A stretch of DNA of 63,938 nucleotides, the filler included, from an uncultured Methanosarcinales archaeon (GTDB lineage Archaea; Nanobdellota; Nanobdellia; Woesearchaeales; CAYSVS01): the NCBI GenBank assembly GCA_964434475.1. It is 3 parts of 3 records of this genome, joined end to end, with 100 filler letters (N's around TTAATTAATTAA, not from the genome) between each part and the next. Parts side by side here need not be neighbours in the genome. Positions count along the whole stretch, not along the records: positions 26,610 to 51,337 come from CAYSVS010000016.1; positions 51,438 to 63,938 come from CAYSVS010000037.1; 1 more part is not named here. One strand, 5' to 3'. The translations under genes were made by a program, and so were the position numbers. Positions 49,927 through 58,674 of the stretch are shown here, one piece after another (positions within the stretch are counted from its first letter, which is position 1; every line of letters starts with the position of its first letter). A model generated the notes under the pieces. It was given only the letters and a program-made list of their open reading frames with translations. It had not been told where the DNA came from and made no database searches.

Positions 49927-51128
49927 AAATTTAATCCATCCTCCAAAAGATGTTTTATTTTAGGTATTGATGTATGAGGCAAAGACAAAGATATTTCCCT
50001 TGTTCTTCCATATCTTCCTTTGCTTATAACTTTAGCATTTATTATGCCCAACATATCAAGTTCAGCTAAAACATCAGATATCCTTCTTTGTGTTAAAAAT
50101 TGCAGATTTATTTTTTGACATATTTCTTTATATATTTCATATACTTCGCCAGTAAATATATTTCCTTTTTTTGAAATACATATACTTAAAATAGAATACA
50201 ATGTTGCCTGATGTTGTTTAGGCTGAGTTGTTATTACATCAACTATCCTATCTCTTTCAATCTTATCTTCAGCTTCATCAATATGATTAATATTAATCTT
50301 TTCTTCACCTTTTCTTTCTGCTAATTCTCCAGCCACTCTTAACAATTCCAAAGCTCTTCTAGCATCTCCGTGTTCTCTTGCAGCATAAGCAGCACATTTT
50401 TCTATAACTCCTGGAAGTATAACACCTTCCTTAAAAGCTATATTTGCTCTTTGCCTCAAAATATCTTGAATCTGTATAGCATTATAAGGTGCAAAAACAA
50501 TTTCTTCTTCTGACAAAGAGCTTTTCACTCTGGGGTCTAGATTATCTGCAAATATAAGGTCATTAGATATTCCTATTATGGCTATCTGAGAATTTTTAAG
50601 TTCTGAATTCATTCGGGTCAAATTATAAAGTATCTCATCGCCTGCTTTTTTGACAAGCTGATCTATCTCATCTAAAATTATAACAAATAATTGTTTTTTC
50701 TCTTCAAGAACTTCGTAAAAAATTTTATATACTTCCTCAGTAGGTAAACCTGTAGGAGGTATTGTTTTTCCTAATTCTCTCGCTAATTGTGCAAAAAGCC
50801 TATATTCTGTATCTGCTACTTTTTTAAGCTTACAATTTATGTAAAAAACTCTTATAGGTATGTTTCTTTTCTTTGCAACATCTAATATTTTATCTGTAGT
50901 ATACTTTACAGTTAATGTTTTTCCTGTACCTGTTTTACCATAAACAAAAAGATTTGAAGGTTTATCTAATCTCAATGAAGGAGCTAAAATATCTGCAACT
51001 AGCTGTATTTGTTCATCTCTATGTTCAATCACTTCAGGAGTATAATGTGATTGAATTACTTCTTTCTTTTTAAATAAAGGTTCTTTTGAAAGAAATTTTT
51101 CGAAAAAATTATTTAATTCATTAACCAT
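49920..51128 (-). CDS. cdc6: Orc1/Cdc6 replication initiator
   Basis: YGKTGTGKT, ILDEID, LDPRVKSSL, HGDARRAL, GRYGRTR. Confidence 0.97.
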   Translation of the reverse strand: MVNELNNFFEKFLSKEPLFKKKEVIQSHYTPEVIEHRDEQIQLVADILAPSLRLDKPSNLFVYGKTGTGKTLTVKYTTDKILDVAKKRNIPIRVFYINCKLKKVADTEYRLFAQLARELGKTIPPTGLPTEEVYKIFYEVLEEKKQLFVIILDEIDQLVKKAGDEILYNLTRMNSELKNSQIAIIGISNDLIFADNLDPRVKSSLSEEEIVFAPYNAIQIQDILRQRANIAFKEGVILPGVIEKCAAYAAREHGDARRALELLRVAGELAERKGEEKININHIDEAEDKIERDRIVDVITTQPKQHQATLYSILSICISKKGNIFTGEVYEIYKEICQKINLQFLTQRRISDVLAELDMLGIINAKVISKGRYGRTREISLSLPHTSIPKIKHLLEDGLNLC

Positions 51129-51145
51129 GTCTAAACACCTATTTT

Positions 51146-51277
51146 TTCCATTTGAAGAAAAGGTATATAAACTTTGTGTTTTTTACTCAAAAACGTTCTA
51201 ATGTCCAAATATTAGTACTAGAAGCTATATTATAAAAAATACTCTTTATGATTCCTACCCCTTGATTTCTTATGGAA
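51146..51277. promoter_or_regulatory. Candidate replication origin: inverted ORB-like boxes around an AT-rich tract upstream of cdc6
   Basis: TTCCATAAGAAATCAAGGGGTA on minus strand (51256-51277) and a weaker TTCCATTTGAAGAAAAGGTA on plus (51146-51165) abutting the cdc6 TATA box. Confidence 0.6.
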
Positions 51278-51337
51278 AAGAATATTTAAAGTTTTTGTTT
51301 ATTTGTTTTTTTTTTATTTATTTATTTTCAATATAGA

Positions 51338-51437
51338 NNNNNNNNNNNNNNNNNNNNNNNNNNNNNNNNNNNNNNNNNNNNTTAATTAATTAANNNNNNN
51401 NNNNNNNNNNNNNNNNNNNNNNNNNNNNNNNNNNNNN
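51338..51437. other. Artificial contig linker N44-TTAATTAATTAA-N44
   Basis: Same cassette as 26510-26609. Confidence 0.97.
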
Positions 51438-51470
51438 TGTTCAACTACCTAATTTTTTCGGTTTTTAGAA

Positions 51471-51489
51471 AAATCTGCACAACTCCAGT
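51471..51489. mobile_element. Putative IS terminal repeat (copy 2)
   Basis: Identical to 33-51; lies 33 nt from the contig edge. Confidence 0.35.
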
Positions 51490-51547
51490 TATCTTATTAG
51501 TTATTTTTACAAACTATTCTGTAGTTAGCTCTGAAGTTGATTCTAAT

Positions 51548-54500
51548 ATGTATTTATTTAGTCATGATGTTAAAGATATTGAAAATATTAAAGCTTTAAA
51601 TTTTTCTAGTACAAATGAATTGGATTCTTATGATGAAGATCCTTATTTTGAAGGAAAAGTCCATAAAGAATTAATAAAGCAAGCGCAAGAAAATGATGAT
51701 GAAAAAATTGAAGTGATTATCACATTAAATAACATGAATAATATCCAAGAAATTGAACAAAAAATCAAAGATTTAAATGGAGAAATCAAGCAAGAATTAA
51801 AGATTGCAGGTGCAGTCTATGTTGAAGTTCCAAAAGATAGCTTAGAACAAATTTCTGAAGAACAAGAAATTGATAGATTATGGCCAAATCAAAGATATGA
51901 ACTATTGTTAGATGATAGTGTGCCTTATATTGGCGCACCAACAGCATGGGATTTAGGTTATAATGGTTCAGGAATAAAAATTGCAATAATTGATACTGGT
52001 ATAGATGATACTCATGAAATGCTAGATAATGGTAAAGTTGTTTTAAAACAAGATTTTTCTGGTCAAGGGACAACTAATGATACTAATGGACACGGAACAC
52101 ATTGTGCAGGTATTGCTGCAGGTAATGGTGCACTATTAGGTGTTGCAAAAGGTGCAGACTTAGCTAATGTTAGAGTTGGAAGTAATCCCACTACAGTTGA
52201 ATTAATAAATGCAATTGAATGGGCTTCGTTAAATACTGATATATTATCAATAAGTTTAGGTGCACAACTTAATAACCCTGAAGGGCCATTTAAAACTGCA
52301 ATTAATAATGCAATTAACAACGGAGCAATCATAATTATTGGTGCTGGAAATTGTGGTCCTTGCGGTGGATGTAGTAGTTTTGAAGGAGTAACTAATCCTG
52401 GCGATGTTGAAGAAGTAATAACTGTGGGATCTATTTATGATTCTAATGAAGAGATTGCTTGTAGTTCAGGAAGACAAAATTTTACAACATACCAAAAACC
52501 AGAAATTGTTGCACCAGGCGTATCAATAATTTCAGCAAAAGTTGGTGGAGGCTATGTTTTAAAGGGAGGAACCTCAATGGCAACACCTCATGTTGCAGGA
52601 GTTGTTGCATTATTACTACAAAAAGATCCAACACTAACACATTTCGATATTAAAGCATTACTACAAAAAACAGCAACTGATGTAGGTTCTCCTGGAATAG
52701 ATCTAGAATCAGGATATGGAGTAGTGAATGTAACAAGTTTATTCCAAGATGATCTTATAGGAGAATGTAACATTACTAATGATTGTGGAACACCAACTTG
52801 GACAGGAACTCCAATTTGTGATAATAATTCTGTTTATCAAAACAAAACATATTATACTTGCAATTTCCCAGATACAAGAGCCTCATATTGTGCTAATACA
52901 ACTATATTCACATTAAAAGAAAATTGCACTTTAGGATGCGAAGATGGAACATGCATTATTCCAGCATGTAATAATGATTCTGAATGTGGAACTAACTCTT
53001 GGATTAACTCAGAACAATGTAATGCTGATGATGTTTATCAAGATTATTTAACTTATACTTGCAATGATCCTGGAACTATTAATGCTACTTGCACAAACAC
53101 AACTACATTCAATCTAAAAGAGAATTGTTCAGATGTTTGTTTTGAAGGTGCTTGTTATACACCTTCATGTTATAACAACACTCAATGTGGAACTAACAAT
53201 TGGGTAAATCAACCTTATTGTAATTCAACAGATGTTTTTCAAGATTATCAAACATTCACTTGTTTAAATCCTGGAGAATTTAATGCAACTTGCACTAATA
53301 CAACAACTCCAATATTCAAACAAAACTGTACAGATGAATGTTATAATGGTTCTTGTTATACTCCTGCTTGCAATAGCGATCCAGATTGTGGAACTAATGG
53401 TTGGATTAATTTAGAACAATGCAATGCAGATGATGTCTATCAAGATTACTTATCTTACACTTGTCAAGATCCTGGAACTATAAATGCAACTTGCACAAAC
53501 ATAACTACATTTACTCTAAAACAAAATTGCTCTGACATTTGTCATGATGCTGCTTGCGTTGTTCCAACTTGTTATTCTGATTCAGAATGTGGTGCAAACA
53601 CATGGATTGATCAGCCGTATTGTAACAGCGATGACATATTTCAGAATTACAAAACATTCACTTGCTTAAATCCTGGACAGCATAATGCTGTTTGTACTAA
53701 CACAACTGTTTCAACATTCAAACAAAATTGTACTAATTGTGATAATGGTTCTTGTTATACTCCTGCTTGCAATAGCGATTCTGATTGTGGAACTGATTCT
53801 TGGATTAATTCAGAGCAATGTAATGCAGATGATGTTTATCAAGATTACATATCTTACACTTGCCAATATCCAGGCACAATAAATGCAACATGTGAAAACG
53901 CAACTACATTTACTCTAAAACAAAATTGTTCAGATATTTGTCATGATGCTGCTTGTGTTGTTCCAACTTGTTATTCTGATTCAGAATGTGGTGCAAACAC
54001 ATGGACTGATCAGCCGTATTGTAACGGCGATGACATATTTCAGAATTACAAAACATTCACTTGCTTAAATCCTGGACAGCATAATTCTGTTTGTACAAAC
54101 ACAACTGTTTCAACATTCAAAGAAAATTGTACTAATTGTGATAATGGTTCTTGTTATGATCCAATATGTAATCAAGATTCAGATTGTGGAACTGATTCTT
54201 GGATTAATTTAGAACAATGCAATGCAGATGATGTCTATCAAAATTACATATCCTATACTTGCCAATATCCAGGCACAATAAATGCAACATGTGAAAACGC
54301 AACCACATTTACTCTAAAACAAAATTGTTCAGACATTTGTCATGATGCTACTTGTGTTGTTCCAACTTGTTATTCTGATTCAGAATGCGGTACAAACACA
54401 TGGATTGATCAGCCGTATTGTAACGGCGATGACATATTTCAGAATTACAAAACATTCACTTGTTTAAATCCAGGACAGCATAATTCTGTTTGTACTAACA

Positions 54501-55906
54501 CAACTGTTTCAACATTCAAAGAAAATTGTAATAATTGCGATAATGGCGCTTGTTATACTCCTGCTTGCAATAGCGATTCAGATTGCGGAACTAATGGCTG
54601 GATTAATTCAGAGCAATGTAATGCTGATGATGTTTATCAAAATTACATTTCCTATACTTGTCAAAATCCAGGCACAATAAATGCAGCCTGTACAAACTCT
54701 ATAGCTTTTAACTTAAAACAGGATTGCGGAATTTATGGCTTATATTGTTATGGCGGTAGTTGCGAAAGCATATCTTGTTTTGATAATTCTGATTGTAGTA
54801 AATATGATGGTTGGGAAGGTTACCCTACTTGTAAATACGGCGATGTTTATCTTGATTATGCTACATATTACTGCAATAATAAAGGCACGCCTTCATCTTC
54901 TTGCATTGCTGGATATGATCTGAGATTGAAAGAAGAATGTGACTCTGATGAAGTCTGTTCAGGCGGAACATGCAAAGCTGTTGAATGTTTTGATGATTCT
55001 GAGTGCGGTGAAGATTATTTTGAATACATCTGCAGAAATGATAATCTTTATTCGCATGTTACCCATTATTATTGTAAGAATTCTGGAACTGATAAATCTG
55101 AGTGTGCATACCGTGAAACTTTTAATTTCTTGAAAAACTGTCTTAATGGCTGTTCTTCAGGCCAATGCTCTTATCAAATATCTTGTTTCAAGGATTCTGA
55201 TTGCGGTTCAGATAAATTCATAGGTTCAAAAACTTGTGAAGATAATTCGGTTTATCAGTCATATAGAGATTGGCAATGCAAGAATCCTGGAACAAAAGAT
55301 TCTGTTTGCCAATATAATGATGAAGCAAAAATGGTTGATGAGTGCAACATCTGTCAAGATGGAAGATGTGTGGATTGTGCATCAGATAATGATTGCAGCA
55401 GTGAGCTGTCTGGTATGAAATATTGTAATCAGGATAATGTTTATATGGACCGAAAATATTATGAATGTATATCTGGAGAATGCGTTTATGCTACATCATC
55501 TCCTGAATTGATTGAAACTTGTGGTGGATGTTACAATGGAGTTTGTATAGAATATGAGGATTATTCTGAAGAAAATATATTGGATATTGAAGTCTATGAT
55601 TTGACTATGATGAATCGGCGTTTTCCTAGATTGAACGAAAACATAATATATAGATTTTATGTGAAAAATACTGGGGATTTTGATGTCTCAGACATAGATT
55701 GGATATTTGATCCTGACAAGAATGAACCTCAGCAATCTGGAACAATTTCCAGCCTGAAAAAAGGCCAGGTTAAAGCAATATATGTCATGCATTCTTTTAC
55801 TAATTATTTGGAACACTATCCTAAAATAACATTAGATCCTTATAATATATTTGATGAAGATGATGAAACCAATAATGTTGCAATTGGATATGCTTTTGTG
55901 AAATGA
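51548..55906 (+). CDS. Secreted S8 subtilase with 14 eight-Cys repeats and C-terminal CARDB-like domain (frame open upstream to the gap)
   Basis: Triad IAIIDTG, HGTHCAG, GTSMATP; I9-like prodomain; VKNTG...DPYN...EDDETNN CARDB pattern. Upstream in-frame VILLVIFTNYSVVSS resembles a signal peptide. Confidence 0.9.
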   Translation: MYLFSHDVKDIENIKALNFSSTNELDSYDEDPYFEGKVHKELIKQAQENDDEKIEVIITLNNMNNIQEIEQKIKDLNGEIKQELKIAGAVYVEVPKDSLEQISEEQEIDRLWPNQRYELLLDDSVPYIGAPTAWDLGYNGSGIKIAIIDTGIDDTHEMLDNGKVVLKQDFSGQGTTNDTNGHGTHCAGIAAGNGALLGVAKGADLANVRVGSNPTTVELINAIEWASLNTDILSISLGAQLNNPEGPFKTAINNAINNGAIIIIGAGNCGPCGGCSSFEGVTNPGDVEEVITVGSIYDSNEEIACSSGRQNFTTYQKPEIVAPGVSIISAKVGGGYVLKGGTSMATPHVAGVVALLLQKDPTLTHFDIKALLQKTATDVGSPGIDLESGYGVVNVTSLFQDDLIGECNITNDCGTPTWTGTPICDNNSVYQNKTYYTCNFPDTRASYCANTTIFTLKENCTLGCEDGTCIIPACNNDSECGTNSWINSEQCNADDVYQDYLTYTCNDPGTINATCTNTTTFNLKENCSDVCFEGACYTPSCYNNTQCGTNNWVNQPYCNSTDVFQDYQTFTCLNPGEFNATCTNTTTPIFKQNCTDECYNGSCYTPACNSDPDCGTNGWINLEQCNADDVYQDYLSYTCQDPGTINATCTNITTFTLKQNCSDICHDAACVVPTCYSDSECGANTWIDQPYCNSDDIFQNYKTFTCLNPGQHNAVCTNTTVSTFKQNCTNCDNGSCYTPACNSDSDCGTDSWINSEQCNADDVYQDYISYTCQYPGTINATCENATTFTLKQNCSDICHDAACVVPTCYSDSECGANTWTDQPYCNGDDIFQNYKTFTCLNPGQHNSVCTNTTVSTFKENCTNCDNGSCYDPICNQDSDCGTDSWINLEQCNADDVYQNYISYTCQYPGTINATCENATTFTLKQNCSDICHDATCVVPTCYSDSECGTNTWIDQPYCNGDDIFQNYKTFTCLNPGQHNSVCTNTTVSTFKENCNNCDNGACYTPACNSDSDCGTNGWINSEQCNADDVYQNYISYTCQNPGTINAACTNSIAFNLKQDCGIYGLYCYGGSCESISCFDNSDCSKYDGWEGYPTCKYGDVYLDYATYYCNNKGTPSSSCIAGYDLRLKEECDSDEVCSGGTCKAVECFDDSECGEDYFEYICRNDNLYSHVTHYYCKNSGTDKSECAYRETFNFLKNCLNGCSSGQCSYQISCFKDSDCGSDKFIGSKTCEDNSVYQSYRDWQCKNPGTKDSVCQYNDEAKMVDECNICQDGRCVDCASDNDCSSELSGMKYCNQDNVYMDRKYYECISGECVYATSSPELIETCGGCYNGVCIEYEDYSEENILDIEVYDLTMMNRRFPRLNENIIYRFYVKNTGDFDVSDIDWIFDPDKNEPQQSGTISSLKKGQVKAIYVMHSFTNYLEHYPKITLDPYNIFDEDDETNNVAIGYAFVK
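52766..55546 (+). repeat. Intragenic ~200-bp (66-67 aa) modules with a near-perfect 399-bp higher-order repeat
   Basis: CTCCTGCTTGCAATAGCGAT at 53361, 53760 and 54558 (spacings 399 and 798). Confidence 0.92.
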
Positions 55907-55908
55907 GG

Positions 55909-56511
55909 TTAAGCTGTTATTATTTCTTTTGCTTTCACAATACTATAAGCAATGACTCCTCCAGCTATTGCTGTATATAATTGCATCATACCCATTGTTG
56001 TCAGGAATAATGCAGGCAATACAGAAAATTTAACAAATACAAACGCAGCAGTGAACAGGAATGCTGTCTTTAGTGCAGCAGAGATTGCTAACGAAAAAAA
56101 GTAGTTTATTTTATTCTTTACATAAAATAATTTATGTGAAAAAACAAGGATAGCGTTGCCGATCCAGATAAAAGGAATCATATATATTAAAAATACTGTA
56201 AATGGACCAAAGATCAATCCTTTTGACAGCACTCCCAAGCTTGGAAGCATGATGATTGGAAGAAGCTTGTAATTTTTAAGATAAACTGCACTCAATATCA
56301 ATGCGCTGTTTACCAATGTTCCAACAAGAAACTGCGGATGTCCCAGCATAAACGGTAAAAAGAAAACAAATGTTGAGTATATTATCAGACGTATGTTTTC
56401 TTCAAGATTAGATATGTTGAACATATTGATATTGCTTATTTTTTTAATGTATTCGTACATTTTATTCACCTTGTTTATGATTTTTTTATATCTTTGATTT
56501 CTAATTTTCAT
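55909..56511 (-). CDS. Multi-TM membrane protein, ECF S-component-like
   Basis: QFLVGTLVNSALIL, MLPSL, PFIWIGNAILV; directly downstream of hydA. Start uncertain. Confidence 0.55.
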   Translation of the reverse strand: MKIRNQRYKKIINKVNKMYEYIKKISNINMFNISNLEENIRLIIYSTFVFFLPFMLGHPQFLVGTLVNSALILSAVYLKNYKLLPIIMLPSLGVLSKGLIFGPFTVFLIYMIPFIWIGNAILVFSHKLFYVKNKINYFFSLAISAALKTAFLFTAAFVFVKFSVLPALFLTTMGMMQLYTAIAGGVIAYSIVKAKEIITA

Positions 56512-56519
56512 AAAATAAA

Positions 56520-58271
56520 TTATTTATATTTTTTTGGATAATATTTAGTATGCAATAGCTTGTGCGCTCTCTCTGATCCAAACTTGCCAAGATAATCTTT
56601 ATAAATCTTTAATGCACCAGGATTCTTGTGGCTTTTTCTTAATTTCTTTTTCTCATCAACATTCACTAAAGCTTTTACCCTTTTTTTCAGTACTTCTGTT
56701 GTGCATGGCTGCGGTTGTCCTCCTCCGCCTATGCATCCACCATAGCAAGCCATAATCTCGATAAAATGATACTTGCTTTTACCTGCTTTTATATTTTCCA
56801 ATAATTTCCTTGCTTCTCCTAAAGTATGCACTGCGCAGACGTTTATCTTTTTGCCTGCTATCTCTACAGTCGCTTCTTTCATAGTATCCATGCTTCTTAA
56901 TTTTTTATAGTCTATCTTTTTCAATTCCTTGCTTTCAAGCCAGTCTGCTGCTGTCCTTAATGCAGCTTCCATCACTCCGCCTGTATGTCCGAATATAGCT
57001 GCTGCGCCTGTTGATTCACCAAGAGGATTGTCAAACTCGTCATCTGAAAGATTCATAAAATCAATATTCATCTCTTTGATAAGCTTGCTTAATTCAACAG
57101 TTGTCAATACAAAATCAGCTTCTCCTTTGAATTCTGGTCTAGATATCTCAAATTTCTTAGCTGTACATGGCATAATATCTACTAATACAATATCTTTTGG
57201 ATCTTTCTTTATTTTTTTAGCATAGTATGTTTTTACTAATGATGCAATGATCGCTTGCGGACTTCTACAAGATGACATATGTTTTAGTTGGTCAAAATAG
57301 AACTGCTCTCCGAATTTTATCCATGCAGGGCAGCAAGTTGTTATCATAGGCAAATCGCGATTCTCCTTTAATCTTTTAACAAATTCAGTAGCTTCTTCTA
57401 TAATACATATATCTGCACCTAAGTCTGTATCAAATACTTTATCAAAGCCAAGTTGTCTCAATGCTGCAACCATCTTACCAGTCACATTTGTTCCAGGTTT
57501 CATTCCAAAACACTCGCCAAGAGTTGCTCTTATAGAAGGAGCAGTCTGCGCAATTAGCATCTTGCCAGAATTTAATGCATCTATAACTCCTTTTATGTCA
57601 GACTTTTCAGTCAATGCTCCAGTTGGACAAACAATAACACATTGTCCGCAATTTACGCATGCAGATTCATTCATAGTAAAATTATTTGCAGGTTTGACTA
57701 TCGTATCAAATCCTCTATTATGAAAATCAATAGCGTGAACTGTTTGCACTTCATTGCACATTTTCACACATCTTCCGCAAAGTATGCATCTGTTGTTATC
57801 CCTTCTTATGCTTACGCTGGAATTATCAACTTCAGTAATTTTCTTTTCTCCAGAATATCTTATATCTTCAATCATCAGGTCAGAAGCATATTTTTGCAGT
57901 TCACAAGTAAGGTTCTTTGGGCATGAAGGACATTCTAGATCATGATTTGCAAGCAATAGTTCTAGATTTATCCTTCTTGCTTCCAATATTTTAGGTGTAT
58001 GAGTTCTTATTATCATGCCTTCTGCTGGTTTGGTATTGCAGCTAGTAGTAATTCTTGCCTTGCCGTTAATTTCTATCTCAACAACGCATAATCTACAATT
58101 AGCTGTTCTTTCTAGTCTTTCATGCATACAGAAATGCGGGATATTGATTCCATGCTCTTTTGCAATATCAATTATATATTTGTCTGGATTACACGATATT
58201 TTGTTATTGTTTATTGTAATGTTTACTTTGTTCTTTTTTCCCTGTTTTTTTTGTTTAGTTTTTTTTGCCAT
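56520..58271 (-). CDS. hydA: [FeFe]-hydrogenase catalytic subunit (group A, HydA/HndD-like)
   Basis: H-cluster motifs TTCCPAW, MPCTAKKFE, EIMACYGGCIGGGGQ; N-terminal 2Fe-2S, His-ligated 4Fe-4S and 2x4Fe-4S motifs. Confidence 0.96.
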   Translation of the reverse strand: MAKKTKQKKQGKKNKVNITINNNKISCNPDKYIIDIAKEHGINIPHFCMHERLERTANCRLCVVEIEINGKARITTSCNTKPAEGMIIRTHTPKILEARRINLELLLANHDLECPSCPKNLTCELQKYASDLMIEDIRYSGEKKITEVDNSSVSIRRDNNRCILCGRCVKMCNEVQTVHAIDFHNRGFDTIVKPANNFTMNESACVNCGQCVIVCPTGALTEKSDIKGVIDALNSGKMLIAQTAPSIRATLGECFGMKPGTNVTGKMVAALRQLGFDKVFDTDLGADICIIEEATEFVKRLKENRDLPMITTCCPAWIKFGEQFYFDQLKHMSSCRSPQAIIASLVKTYYAKKIKKDPKDIVLVDIMPCTAKKFEISRPEFKGEADFVLTTVELSKLIKEMNIDFMNLSDDEFDNPLGESTGAAAIFGHTGGVMEAALRTAADWLESKELKKIDYKKLRSMDTMKEATVEIAGKKINVCAVHTLGEARKLLENIKAGKSKYHFIEIMACYGGCIGGGGQPQPCTTEVLKKRVKALVNVDEKKKLRKSHKNPGALKIYKDYLGKFGSERAHKLLHTKYYPKKYK

Positions 58272-58279
58272 CTTACTTA

Positions 58280-58381
58280 TTAGTTTATTATGTTAAATAT
58301 TTTTAATAATAATACTATTAAACTTATTGTAGCGATTCCAACAAATATATATCCTATTATTTCTTTTGTTTTTTCTTTCAT
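58280..58381 (-). CDS. 33-aa single-TM microprotein (absent from ORF track)
   Basis: MKEKTKEIIGYIFVGIATISLIVLLLKIFNIIN; ATGA overlap with the upstream ORF. Confidence 0.65.
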   Translation of the reverse strand: MKEKTKEIIGYIFVGIATISLIVLLLKIFNIIN

Positions 58382-58557
58382 TTTTTAACTATAATTATAT
58401 CTTTTAAATTTTCTATCTGTGATAATAACAATACTGTAAAATACATTACATTGATTATTAATTCAAGAGTATCAAATCCTTTTGTTATTGCATATAATAC
58501 TATTAATATTGTAAACACAAAAGCCAATACATTTAATATGTCTCTATATGTTATCAT
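58378..58557 (-). CDS. 59-aa two-TM microprotein (absent from ORF track)
   Basis: MITYRDILNVLAFVFTILIVLYAITKGFDTLELIINVMYFTVLLLSQIENLKDIIIVKK; TAATG overlap. Confidence 0.65.
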   Translation of the reverse strand: MITYRDILNVLAFVFTILIVLYAITKGFDTLELIINVMYFTVLLLSQIENLKDIIIVKK

Positions 58558-58661
58558 TACATTACACCTAATATTTTCAGCACTAACAATATAATTCCTA
58601 ATACTCCTATAGTTATTCCAAAATATCCTAAGTATCTGAAAAAATCTTTAGCTTCTATCAT
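58557..58661 (-). CDS. 34-aa single-TM microprotein (absent from ORF track)
   Basis: MIEAKDFFRYLGYFGITIGVLGIILLVLKILGVM; GGAGGT RBS just after the hydB stop. Confidence 0.7.
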   Translation of the reverse strand: MIEAKDFFRYLGYFGITIGVLGIILLVLKILGVM

Positions 58662-58674
58662 ATTTTACCTCCAT

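Noticed and set aside
53361..54700. 399-bp repeats as a DGR template/variable pair
   Set aside because: In-frame tandem domain repeats. Differences are not adenine-specific and there is no reverse transcriptase.
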